Assembly: GCF_006345805.1 (NCBI RefSeq)
Contig: NC_043022.1
Span: forward strand, 13,082,001 to 13,146,000
Direction of reading: 5' to 3'
From: Octopus sinensis
Taxonomy: Eukaryota
Length of the DNA stretch: 64,000 nt
Positions 25,015 through 36,302 of the stretch are shown here, in pieces. Position 1 is the stretch's first letter. Each line of letters opens with the position of its first letter. The notes under the pieces are model-generated. The model did no database searches and had not been told where the DNA came from. It saw only the letters and a list, made by a program, of their open reading frames with translations. The position numbers and the translations under genes were made by a program.

Positions 25015-26883
25015 ATGAGCGACCCTGTTGCTAAATTCTATAAAAGTGTCGTAGAAGATGTTGTTCAGTCCAGCCGTGAACTATTTATAGAAGAAGGTAT
25101 CGATGAAACTGTTCTTGCGGACATGAAAGAAGCGTGGTTGAAGAAAATCCACGATTCTAAAGTGTTTGAATTTTCTAAAGTAAACCGAACAAATGTTGAT
25201 GGTTATGGAATTATTTCTCCTGCGTGTAGCAACAACAATTCTGAACTATTTGTTCCTTCCATTCATTTGGCAGGGCCTCGCATGCGCGGACCCCGAAGTT
25301 CTTGTACGACTGCTACCATAGCCCTTCCGTATGGACTTTACAACCAGCAAATCAGGGATTTAAATAATGCCGGAATCTCTCTTCAACGTAACCGTAATGG
25401 ACATTTTTTGGCTATCCTCCCGCCAGAACAACATCTACTGCAGCCAGTTTCTACTGCTCGGACATCTGAAAATTCAGGTGAGTCCCATTCTGTTAACGAT
25501 AACAACAAACTGACTTCTCGGTGTCCTCCTTCAAATTTCAATTTGCCTTCTATTTACCAAGCTGGAAGATCGCCTTCCAAATTACATGGCCCGGCTACCA
25601 AAACCCCTTTACCGTTAAACGTTGCTGTAATTAGTGAAAGTACTACACCGACTACGACTAGTTCCTCTCTGTCTAATGCTACCGACCGAGTTAGTTCTAG
25701 CACGGCTGCTGTACATACAAACGTTAATTCTGCCAAGGAACAGAATAATAGTGACAACATCAATGCAAATAACCCTGTTGGTCGGTTGTCAACAAATGAA
25801 AGTGAACTACTTGGAGATGCTGGACCAAACAACGGGACCCGCTGTGGCATTTCTGAGAAAAACGATAGTAACTCGGTTCAACAGGCACAGAAGAGTTTAA
25901 TAACCACACAAGCAGAAACCAATAAGGCGAACAGTGAATTTTTAACTTCTCGGGTCTCTTCGTTTGCTCCATCTTGTGACGGAGGAAATCTGGAGCAGAA
26001 TTACTTCTGCAGTTCGAATCAGCCCAATCGTTTTCCCGTCTCTTCACTTTCCCACCAAGATAACTTTACAGGTTACTCTGTAGTTAAACCATTGCCTCCT
26101 TTTTACGACGAGAGTAGAACGTCGGTAGACAACACTCCGTCCACTCTAGAAGATTTTCTTGAGGATATATCTGGCCCACTTTCGCAAAATTGTCAAAGTT
26201 ACATTCCAGATGAACACCCTAAATTTCCTCCAGCTGATACCACCACCGCCAATAATAACAACAATAATAATAATAATAATAAACCTACTTTGTTAAATGA
26301 CTCACTGGGCCAGACCTCCATCATGTCTGTGGCATCGTCTTCGGATAATTCTTGTAAAGGAAGTGGAGTCAGAAAAATATGTCAGTTAAGCGAGGAAGAT
26401 ATGAAAACTATAGAGGAAATTTTACAAATGGACGGAACTACTGACGCAGAAATAGAGGACCTATCTGGACATAATTTGGGCAATGGCACAAACGTATCTT
26501 CAGTCAGGGTCAAAAGAAAATATTTGAATATGTCTCGTCAATGTGATGGTGAGAACACTGGTTCAACTTCTTCCTCTGACAACAACAACAACACAAGCAA
26601 AGATGAAGATAGCAGTAGCGAATCTGGAAGTAGCAACATAAGCGATGAAATTGACGAAGCAATTGTAGACATTGGCATTGAATCTGACCCGTTAAATACC
26701 GCGGACGACGACAGCGATGCAGACATCTGCGCCATGTTCGAATCAGAAAACGTTATCGTCTGCCAGTTTGTGAAAATTTCTCGCATTAAAAACAAATGGA
26801 AGTTTCAGTTAAAAGACGGCATTTTGAACCTGTTTGGTCGAGATATGTTGTTCTCTAAGGCAGTCGGAGATGCTGAATGGTAG
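25015..26883 (+). CDS. GTF2A1: Transcription factor IIA large subunit (alpha/beta precursor) homologue, intronless CDS, 622 aa; orthologue versus paralogue unresolved
   Basis: N-terminal helical-bundle segment (VAKFYKSVVEDVV...ELFIEEGIDETVL.DMK.AW), C-terminal beta-barrel (ENVIVCQF.KI.R.KNKWKFQLKDGILNL.GRD.LFSKAVGDAEW*), acidic region and Q-x-D-G motifs. Confidence 0.95.
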   Translation: MSDPVAKFYKSVVEDVVQSSRELFIEEGIDETVLADMKEAWLKKIHDSKVFEFSKVNRTNVDGYGIISPACSNNNSELFVPSIHLAGPRMRGPRSSCTTATIALPYGLYNQQIRDLNNAGISLQRNRNGHFLAILPPEQHLLQPVSTARTSENSGESHSVNDNNKLTSRCPPSNFNLPSIYQAGRSPSKLHGPATKTPLPLNVAVISESTTPTTTSSSLSNATDRVSSSTAAVHTNVNSAKEQNNSDNINANNPVGRLSTNESELLGDAGPNNGTRCGISEKNDSNSVQQAQKSLITTQAETNKANSEFLTSRVSSFAPSCDGGNLEQNYFCSSNQPNRFPVSSLSHQDNFTGYSVVKPLPPFYDESRTSVDNTPSTLEDFLEDISGPLSQNCQSYIPDEHPKFPPADTTTANNNNNNNNNNKPTLLNDSLGQTSIMSVASSSDNSCKGSGVRKICQLSEEDMKTIEEILQMDGTTDAEIEDLSGHNLGNGTNVSSVRVKRKYLNMSRQCDGENTGSTSSSDNNNNTSKDEDSSSESGSSNISDEIDEAIVDIGIESDPLNTADDDSDADICAMFESENVIVCQFVKISRIKNKWKFQLKDGILNLFGRDMLFSKAVGDAEW

Positions 26884-27053
26884 CGGCACCGAGCAGATTT
26901 AATTCAAGTCTCTGCAGTCAATGTTTTTGTTATAAATCTTAAATTATTGATGAACAGTTTAACCACAGTTGTTTAGCCCCAGGTCAGCCTTGACCTGGTC
27001 AATCTATGATAACACATTCCAGTCAGGAACATTTCAGTTTTTATTCAGACATA

Positions 27054-27287
27054 GGATCTTTTCCTTTTGAACGGCACATGTCAACACAATTTCTAGTTAA
27101 CTAAACAATTTGAAACTTCGTATACTGGTAGAATGTGTCAAAAGAAAACATTAGGATCCTTTCCTTTTGATGGACGGAAAATGAAAATAATGTTTTCTTT
27201 TGACACATTCTACCAGTATACGAAGTTTCAAATTGTTTAGTTAACTAGAAATTGTGTTGAATTCCGTCCATCAAAAGGAAAAGATCC
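27054..27287. mobile_element. Foldback MITE with 8-bp TSD and GG termini (Merlin-like), containing a perfect 73-bp inverted repeat
   Basis: TIR GGATCTTTTCCTTTTGA at both ends; TSD CAGACATA at 27046-27053 and 27288-27295; arms 27081-27153 and 27188-27260 match 73/73. Confidence 0.85.
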
Positions 27288-27797
27288 CAGACATATCCCG
27301 TGCTATTCCGTGTTCCGATTTTTTTGTTTGTTTTGTTTTAGTAAGGCAATAAGGTGAAATATGAGGGAGACGTGACTATTGTTTCTAGTAGATATACCAT
27401 GTCGAGGTCCCATAGTGGTTAGTATCTAATCTTTGTTGTATTTCTTTGTGATAGCTAAACAAACAGCAAATGGTGTCCCTGAATGGCGGTTTCGGAATCT
27501 CTTTAAGTTGCAATTGTAAATGATGTTGAAACAAGCACGAACACAGCATCCATAGTTATGATTATTTGCCCTGTTCTGTGTTCTGATCGGATGGCTGGAG
27601 TAGCTACACCTGGTCAGGACATTCATTTTATGTCACAGCAAGTGACTTGACTCTATTTGAAAGCCGAGGAAATGTCACAAATATAGAGGAACGGTTGGAA
27701 CGTCAGGTGAAAAAAATTCATTTTTCTAAAAAGATTACGATAGTTATTAATTTTATGGTGCTTTTTTTATCCATTTTTTTGGTGTGTTTATATATAT

Positions 27798-28232
27798 AAC
27801 TTAGATGTGTTTCGACCAATGATTGGTCCAGGCCATGTCTAACTTAATAGCACCACCTGATAGGATTATTTGAATCCTGTTTAAGTCAAGTTTTGCTTAT
27901 GGTCCATTCAAGTAGTGAGTTTTTGTTGGGTGAGTTGTATCCAATTATGGGTGGCTTATCTGGTATTCCTTGAAGGAATCTATCCAGACTCCGTTTAAAG
28001 TTGATGGGATCCTGTTCCTCATTGATCTCTTTCGGGACAATGTTAAATAGGGCAGGGCCTGTTGAGGAAAAGAAATTATGTTGTAGTGTGTATGTATGCT
28101 GTGATCTTGAATTGGGACGTATGGCCCGTGGTCCCAGTCTTGGATGAACCTTGAAGCTTATGTTCAGGTCGTTTTGGCAAATTTGGCGGTATATTCTCCA
28201 CATCGTACAAATGATGTACCGCTCACGGCGAA
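27798..28232 (-). mobile_element. 5'-truncated LINE (CR1/L2-group) ORF2 3' end
   Basis: RRERYII..MWRI...F...GP.LFNIVPKEI....FKRSLDRFLQGIPD.P...GY resembles the C-terminus after the RT domain. Confidence 0.8.
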
Positions 28233-28682
28233 TATATACACAAATTGGTTAATGTTTACTTTAACTCCCGGTCACCAAAACAAAAGTGTAATAGGTGTTA
28301 AAAATGTGTATTAAACGAATATGAAAACAATTTGCGCAAACGAACCTGAGGAGTGGGGAAAGGACTTTTGGAAAATTCACAAGATCCGATTTTTTCCTTC
28401 ATAACTTTTAGGAAAATGGATATATTTTAATGAAATTTTATATCAATACCTTTCGAACAGCATCGAATACGATTATAAAGAAATTTGTAGGGAAAATTTT
28501 TTTCGAGGGGGGGGGTATCTTTTAATGAAATTCGGCTGTTTCCATATTGCTTTTTTTTTTCCCGAGGGGTGGGGAGAGGACTTTCGAAGAGAAAAAAAAT
28601 TCATAAATTATTTTTTCGCGTGAGTCTAATGGAAATGAGTTTGAAAAAAAATGTTTAGATTCATTTATTTTTCATATATATA

Positions 28683-28852
28683 GGCGCAGAAGTGGCTGTG
28701 TGGTAAGTAGCTTGCTAACCAACCACATGGTTCCGGGTTCAGTCCCACTGCGTGGCATCTTGGGCAAGTGTCTTCTGCTATAGCCCCGGGCCGACCAATG
28801 CCTTGTGAGTGGATTTGGTAGACGGAAACTGAAAGAAGCCTGTCGTATATAT

Positions 28853-28892
<40 letters not shown>

Positions 28893-29430
28893 GTGTGTGT
28901 CTGTGTTTGTCCCCCTAGCATTGCTTGACAACTGATGCTGGTGTGTTTACGTCCCCGTCAATTAGCGGTTCGGCAAAAGGGACCGATAGAATAAGTACTG
29001 GGCTTACAAAGAATAAGTCCCGGGTGCTCCAGCATGTCAAAAGAGTAAAAGAGATATATATATATGGCACCGAGTTCAACTTTGCCTTTCATCCTTTCGG
29101 GGTTGATTAAATAAGTACCAGTTACGCACTGGGGTCGATATAATCGACTTAATCCTTTTGTCCTTGTTTGTCCCCTGTGTGTGTAGCCCATTGTGGGCAG
29201 TAAAGAAATAAGAAACTGAAAGAAGCCCATCTATATGTATGTATATGTTTGTGTTTGTCCCCCCAACATCGCTTGAAATTGATGCTGGTGCGTTTACGTC
29301 CGCGTAACTTAGTGGCTCGGCAAAAGAGTCTGATAGAATAAATATTAAGCTTACAAAGAATGAGTCCTGGGGTCGATATGCTCGACTAAAGGTGTTGCTC
29401 CAGCATGGCCGCAGTCAAATGACTGCGACA
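28683..29430 (+). mobile_element. Cluster of nested/chimeric SINE copies
   Basis: CORE-like SINE 28683-29050, a fragment of the array-family SINE (~29065-29210), then a further SINE 3' half. Confidence 0.8.
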
Positions 29431-29699
29431 AATAAAAAGAGTTTCCCCGCTTTCATCAATCTGTATATTTCCAGATGCTCCTAAATCTTTTATAATTCGA
29501 AAAGATACGAGACAAGTGTTTTACTTGAGTCGTGGCTATTATTATACTTTCCCAAAGGCATCAGCTGGAGATCAAAAATTCCGTTGGTTTATCTGTAGTT
29601 TGGTTATTTAATCCCAATTTAGTCCAGTTTTCTTCTTCAGAAATGTCAACGTCTCTTTGGGGCAATTGGTCGGCGAGTTTGGCTGTAAACGAAAAGGCG

Positions 29700-30184
29700 G
29701 CGATGTTTCGTTTGTTGTAGCACACGTTTCCGTCGATTTCCGTAAAAAATGTAAACACTGAATCGGCCATACATACATACACACACACATACATGCAGAC
29801 ATACATATACACATACACCGAGTAAAAAATTACACTGAATCGGCCATACATACATACACACACACATACATAGATACATACACACACATACATATACACC
29901 GAGTAAAAAATTTCAGTTATCTCTCTCTTTCACACATTACTCTCTCTGTCTCTTCGCACACACTAACAGAAGCACTTCACTTACACAACATACTGTCTGT
30001 CTCCCACACCCCATCAAACACACACACGGGGACTTCAAAAAGAAATTCCCTCGTCATAAAATCGCTTCCTCTTAGTCTCTTTCGCTCTCATTACTTCAAA
30101 TATTCCCGCAAAGCCATATGTAAAAAAATAAAAGTTTTTTACGGAAATCGACGGAAACGTGTGCTACGACAACCGAAACTTCGC
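29700..30184. mobile_element. Second copy of the 15701-16050 foldback family, reverse orientation
   Basis: Same body reverse-complemented; inner TIR TTTCCGTCGATTTCCGTAAAAA shared, outer TIR different; internal ~85-bp tandem duplication. Confidence 0.8.
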
Positions 30185-30814
30185 TGAAAAGGCATTACGA
30201 TATCCATTTTGGCTGACTAATGCCTTGTGAGTGACTTTGAATGATGGAAACTGTGCGGAAGCCCATCGTGTGCCCCCCCCCCCACAACTTGATCATCAGC
30301 ATTGGTTTGCTTACGTCACTGTAACACAGCAGTTCAGCAAAACAAACCGATGTAAATTATCAGACTTCAAGAAATAAGTATCAGGGTCGATTTCGACTAA
30401 AATCGTTCAAAGCGGTGCTGCAGCATGGCCGTAGACTAACGACAGAGACTATCAAAAGAGAAGATATCGTATAAACTGTCCATTGGAAGGGAAATTATAC
30501 TTTTTTTTCTTTTTAAAGTTGTCTCCCTTGTCAAGTGGCATCATTAACGGCAAATCATATTTCAATTAATTATTAGCAATTAAAAATACCTCATCGTGTC
30601 GTGTACCAATTTTTCGATTGTTCTTGTAAACACACACGTAGAAATTTCTTTTCAAACTATAAGGCTTTAATTTACATTTAAATTTCATGCTTATCAACAA
30701 AGGAAACTTTGTTTAACAAGAATCCTTTGCTACATTTTATGAAGAACGCCAACAATGGTAACTGGATTCCTAGGTGTCACTAGGGCAGAACCTATGTATA
30801 TATATATATATATA

Positions 30815-31195
30815 CTCTTTTACTTGTTTCAGTCATTTGACTGCGGCCATGCTGGAGCACCGCCTTTAGTCGAGCAACCCGACCCCGGGACTTATTCTTT
30901 GTAAGCCCAGTACTTATTCTATCGGTCTCTTTTGCCGAACCGCTAAGTGACGGGGACATAAACACACCAGCATCGGTTGTCAAGCAAGCTAGAGGGACAG
31001 ACACACAAACATATATATATATATACACATATATACGACGGGCTTCTTTCAGTTTCCGTCTACCAAATCCACTCAGAAGGCATTGGTCGGCCCGAGGCTA
31101 TAGTAGAAGACACTTGCCCAAGGTGCCACACAGTGGGACTGAACCCGGAACCATGTGGTTGGTAAACAACCTACTTACCACACAGCTACTCCTGT
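30815..31195 (-). mobile_element. CORE-like SINE
   Basis: Family match, reverse orientation. Confidence 0.88.
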
Positions 31196-31552
31196 ATATA
31201 TATATCCCCCCATTCTTTTAATGGCTACTGTTCCATGTTTCCTTGGATCGAATAGAATTTCTCTAAGTAGCTTTTTAACAGCTGGTTTCAAATGGAAGGG
31301 TAGTACTTGTATGATGGTGACACTAGTTTTATCATGTGGTATTAAGACAAGATAACACCGAGTCAAACATGATGGGCTTTCAGTTTCTGTCTACCAAATG
31401 CCTTTGTTGGCCTCCAGTGATAATAGCAGACACTTGATCGAACCCATTTAACAAATTCTATTCAGTATGGTGAGTGAATGGTCGATGGTGAAACTTTCAG
31501 TAGGAGAGGTCATAGCAGAAATCTTGAGATAAATCCCACAGATTGACTAGAA

Positions 31553-31756
31553 CAGTAGTTTTCAACCAGGGTTCCGCCAGTACAGTCCAGGGGTTCCGCA
31601 AGAAGTTACAAAACTGCTAAAAATCGACAGTAATTTTTAATTCTCCTGTGCAGATATGTGTGCATATAAGACAATTAAATTATTGCACAGGGGTTCCTCG
31701 AGCCAGTGGAATGTTTCCTTGGGGTTCTGCTCTAGCAAAAAGGTTGAAAAGCACTG
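31553..31756. mobile_element. hAT (Charlie-like) MITE
   Basis: TIRs CAGTAGTTTTCAACC / GGTTGAAAAGCACTG; 8-bp TSD GACTAGAA on both sides. Confidence 0.88.
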
Positions 31757-32081
31757 GACTAGAATAAGTTTTGGCTGGAGGGGATTTGAGGGAGCCTGCA
31801 GTGTGAGAAATGGAAGAGTTTTGGAGTTGGTTTGTTTACTTGTATTGGCAACTTAACCCTTCATTTCCTAGAATAAATCTCTCTCGAGGGTTGTATGTTT
31901 TTTGCAAGAGGCACAGTGACCACACTATATGCTAGTGCCGTGAAGTGGTTGGCCTTAAGAATGGTATCAAGCCGCAGAAACCATCTGAAAGTAGTGGAGC
32001 ATGATGCGGTCCCTGAAACAGTAAAATTGTCCAACCCATCTAAACAAGGAATAAAGGAATTCCCATCTAAAGGGTTATTAA

Positions 32082-32302
32082 CCCTTTCATTACTGTATTT
32101 ATTTTGAGATGCTCTGTGTTTCTTTCAATTAATTTTAAATATAACAAAGAATTTAGTAAAATAACTTAGTTATCATTCAGTTAGTGTTAGGAACATAAAT
32201 TGTGACTAAAGTTTGGTGGAAGATTTTAATTCAAAACTTATGAAAACAGGACATTTGTACCCAGAGCCTGAGCCAGTTTCAGCCGGGTTGGTAACGAAAG
32301 GG
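32082..32302. mobile_element. Second piggyBac-type MITE family
   Basis: TTAA|CCCTTTCATTAC...GTAACGAAAGGG|TTAA. Confidence 0.8.
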
Positions 32303-33034
32303 TTAAATGAAAAATTGGACTGAAATTAGCAACTTTAATTTCGAACCTGTATGTTGTAATGCTCTTATCAACTTGCAAGTCTTGTGTGTACCAAAGTTAC
32401 AAAGTTCTTCAAAATCATCAGCATTTAACATCAGTTTTTGATGCTGGTGAGCTAGACGACTGGCACGATCTCCATTTATCTACTTTATAAAATGGTTGGG
32501 GTTCGGAAGGAACATCCAACTGGAGAAACGATGCCAAAGTGTACGAGATCCTTTATAATGTGGTACCAGCCCCAGTGATGTCACCAAGTAACTCACAAAG
32601 TAAATTCCCTAAACTGAGGGGGGTGTAATAAGTTATGAATATTTACCCCCTCTCTTTCGGAGAGGCACAAGCACCTACACGCACATATACACACACGGCA
32701 GTAACTTCCACCTACCGAATTCAATCACAAAGCTCCGGTCAGCTCGGGGCTATAGTGGAAGACACCTGCCCAAAACCATGTAGCTAGGAAGCAAGCTCCC
32801 TAACCACACAGCCATGCCCGCGCCTACCTTTCAGTAAAATCAGTAAAGGTGAGGGCAACCTGTTTGTTGTAGTAAGTTGGCAAACGTTTCTTCTACAGCA
32901 TCAAGTGAAAAAGCAACTCCATTAGAGTTTTTAACTTATGAGCATTTGAATATGTATATGATATATAGTATGATGTTGTGTGTGTACAGTTAGATGTATG
33001 ACTGATACTTGTGAGTTTAGGGACCCACATAGTG

Positions 33035-33683
33035 CAGTGGTTCTCAAGCAGGGTCCGTATATGATTTAGTTAAAACTTACCATCTGAGCGTAATCGTTGC
33101 CAGAGCAACAAACTGGCCTCTGTGCCGGTGGTATGTAAAAAGCACCATTTGAGCGTGATCATTACCTGCGTCAACTTACTAGCACTTGTTCTGGTAGCAC
33201 GTGAAGAAAACATTCGAGCGAGGTCGTTGCCAGTGCCGCTGGACTGGCTCCTCTGCATGTGGCACATAAAAAGCACCATTTGAGCATGGCTGTTGCCAGT
33301 ACCGCTTGACTGGCACGTAAAAGCACCCACTACACTCTTGGACTGGTTGGCATTAGGAAGGGCATCCAGCTGTAGAAACTCTGCCAAATCAAGATTGGAG
33401 CCTGGTACAACCATCTGGTTCGCCAGTCCTCAGACAAATCGTCCAACCCATGCCAGCATGGAAAGCGGACGTTATAACGATGATGATGATTATGTGCAAA
33501 TAAACTGCTACAATACACAAAATATATTAATTTTCTATACAATCCCTAGCAATATTTAATTATAAACATATTGTAGGATTTTTTTAAAACATTGAATGGC
33601 TACAAGGGTCCATCTGAGTAAACTAGGAAATCAAAAGGGGTCCATAGGAAAAATAAAAGGGGGGGGGGCGCTGAGAAACACTG
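33035..33683. mobile_element. Probable hAT (Charlie-like) MITE interrupted by a ~400-bp repeat
   Basis: CAGTGGTTCTCAAGC ... GCTGAGAAACACTG termini; no clean TSD. Confidence 0.55.
33085..33490 (+). mobile_element. Short repeat with internal ~55-60-bp subrepeats and a (GAT)n tail; related copies at 48560-49010 (-), 52140-52420 (-) and ~21430-21560
   Basis: Shared GGCATTAGGAAGGGCATCCAGCTGTAGAAAC core, GCACGTAAAAGCACC subrepeats, tail GCATGGAAAGCGGACGTT..CGATGATGATGAT. Confidence 0.8.
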
Positions 33684-34654
33684 AGTGAATATGATCCCCC
33701 AGTCTAATTCCAGTAGCAATTAATCTGTGTAACATAATGCAATGTGTTCACCTGACAAACTGTAGAGGTTAAACATTCATTTATATTAGGAACACCTTCA
33801 GTAGAGGATGCAGGTAACCACAAGAATGAGATGTATGCAGTGAACAAATAACATAAGCTGCAACTCATGTTTTATCAGGTCTCCCATAACACACACACAC
33901 ACACACACACACTATGTTAGTTTAGCAGAAATAAACTGCTTCTGACAGACAATAGATGTCTAAACTGTTGGTTGCCATACACTGCCTTTTCTTTCGTTAA
34001 TTTTGAAAAAAAAAAAGTGTAAGATCGATTTGTCACCGTTAATCTGATGTTTGAAACATAACTTAGCATGAAACTCTGATGGAAGGTCTAAATCTACGAT
34101 TCCTTTAAAACGGGAAATTTGTATCACAAAACCACACAAGACCAGATTCAGGAATATTGATATCCGAAGGAGTAAATGTTTTAACCACACAGCCTCAAAA
34201 ATTCATGCACAAGCGGCATCTAACTTCACCCTTTGAATAGTGCAGTGTTCGTATGAGCTTGAAGAGTGCAGCATGCATTATTCTACAATCGATCAGGTTC
34301 ATATAACTTGGCTTACTCTGAAGAAACGGGGCAAACTGAGAGAAAAATTAAGAAAAAGTATCTAATGGGAAGGGAAATAATTGGGAGATGGGTTATTTCC
34401 CTTTATCCAGTAAAACTGTTACCGGTTGAATATCTGAGGTATTTTAAGTTCGTTGTGGCAACACAATGCCAAAAATAAGATACTTTACATAGAGGTAGTC
34501 GTGTAAGTGAAGATGCATTCATTTATATAAGAAAAAGTCTGGCCCGTTCAGAAGGTAGGTGCAGTTCTTTGATCTAATACGGACGAGTGTTCCTTCAGGT
34601 ATACACAGCCTGCACTTCTTTGACACACACACATATATATATATATATATATCA

Positions 34655-35115
34655 GAACTGTATATATGTCATAATGATATCTATTCTCCAATTTGAAGCA
34701 ACAATTTTTAAATATAAAGAAATGACTGAAAAAACGACTTAACCTCAAGCAGAGTTGAACTCACAAATCAACACTTTCATGGCTCCTTGCGAATCTGAAT
34801 ACCCAAACACTCACCCATCAATTTCAGTTATTATACTATGAGCCTTCCATAGTAGCTTTCTCCCCATAACTTGCAAAGCCTTTTGGGGTTTGTTTATAAA
34901 AATATCATTCATGTAGTATCAACACAGTTTAAGTAAATTTGACTGAAATTGATGGGTGGGCATTTGGCCAATCAGATTTGCAAGGAGCCATGAAAGCATC
35001 GATTTGGGAGTTTGATTCTGCCTGAGGTTAGCTCATCACTTTTCAGTCATTTGTTTATATTTAAAAATTGTCACTTCAAATCGGGGAATAAATATCAATA
35101 TGTTATATACAGTGA
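34655..35115. mobile_element. Old foldback element with ~170-200-bp imperfect arms
   Basis: 34690-34830 is the inverse of 34935-35080 (e.g. CTTTCATGGCTCCTTGC / GCAAGGAGCCATGAAAG). Confidence 0.7.
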
Positions 35116-35189
35116 TACAATGAGCCTTCCATAGTAGCTTTCTCTCCTTAACTCGTAAAGCCTTTTGGCTTTGTTTATAAAAATATTTA

Positions 35190-35472
35190 TGTAGGATGGA
35201 TGAAGCAGGTTAAGGAGGGGACCGACACTTTTGAGAGAGCACGTATCCAGCATGAAGAACTTAAGCGAGCTGCGCGAAAGTGCACGGCTCGTATAGTGAA
35301 TGGGGAAAGCTTGGTCTGCAATGTTTGCAGTCGTGTATGCTTATCAAGAGCAGGGCTCGTTAGCCACCAACGGAGCCGCAAATGCAAAATATAAGTTAGT
35401 CCTAGAGCGCACAATGTTCCTGAAGGTCAGCAATGGTCTTCCTAGGTCACGAGTGGACGGCCATCATCATCA
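35190..35472 (+). mobile_element. RTE-like LINE 3' end
   Basis: W..QVKEG..TFE..R....KR..RK...CNVCSRVCLSRAGLVSHQR is a C-terminal zinc-finger-like motif typical of RTE-clade ORFs; (CAT)n tail. Confidence 0.8.
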
Positions 35473-35482
35473 TATATATATA

Positions 35483-35787
35483 TATATATATCACCGTGAC
35501 CGACCAGGCTATCAGATGTTGCTACACATCACTGATCACAATGCGTTTCGCATTGTTTTAGCCCTTAAATGACACCACCCCGCTGGCTAAGCGACCAGGC
35601 CAACAGAAGAAAGAGTGAGAGAAAGTTGTGGCGAAAGAGTACAGCAGGGATTGCCACCACCACCCTGCCGGAACTTCGTGGCGCTTTAGGTGTTTTTGCT
35701 CAATAAACACTAACACCCGGTCTGGGAATCGAAACCGCAATCCTACGACCGCGAGTCCGCTGCCCTAACCACTGGGCCATTGCGCCT
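35483..35787 (-). mobile_element. tRNA-Arg-derived SINE, tail type B
   Basis: Same head and body as type A, different 3' ~110 nt ending CCTGGTCGGTCACGGTGA. Confidence 0.85.
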
Positions 35788-36302
35788 TCACACACATATA
35801 TATATATGTGCAACAAAAGCAGCATTAGATTACAATAATCATCCGTCTACTTCACAAAAAGGCCAATTAACTGCAGCATTCACCCAGGGCTGCCTTTTAT
35901 GGATGAAGCACAGATACATCATGTATCAGATGAAAACCATCCAGCAGTGTGAGCGACAATGGTGAATGCATATTTCTGCCTCTTGCACTTTGCCAACTGA
36001 ACACTAAGACTATAAACACTGAAACTTTGTAAAATCTACAATTATCAGTGTAATAATAAAAGAAACATCTGCGAAAACTGGTCAATAATTAATGAAACAA
36101 ATTGTGATTAAGCACACAGGAGGTCCACTTTCACTGGATTGCTTCCATTCAAATGTAAATAGTTAAATGTATATAAAAGTCATGTTTGCTGTTTAATTCT
36201 TTTTATAGCAAAATGCTTGATACTACTCATAGTTTGATCATACCAATTTCTGAAATGATTTTAATTAAAACTTACAAGTTTTAGATGTTAATTAATTCTT
36301 TT

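Noticed and set aside
29440-29700. Protein-like minus-strand stretch (QLPQRDVDISEEENWTKLGLNNQ...)
   Set aside because: In-frame stop, no convincing splice sites and no recognisable homology by eye; a tBLASTx search would be needed.
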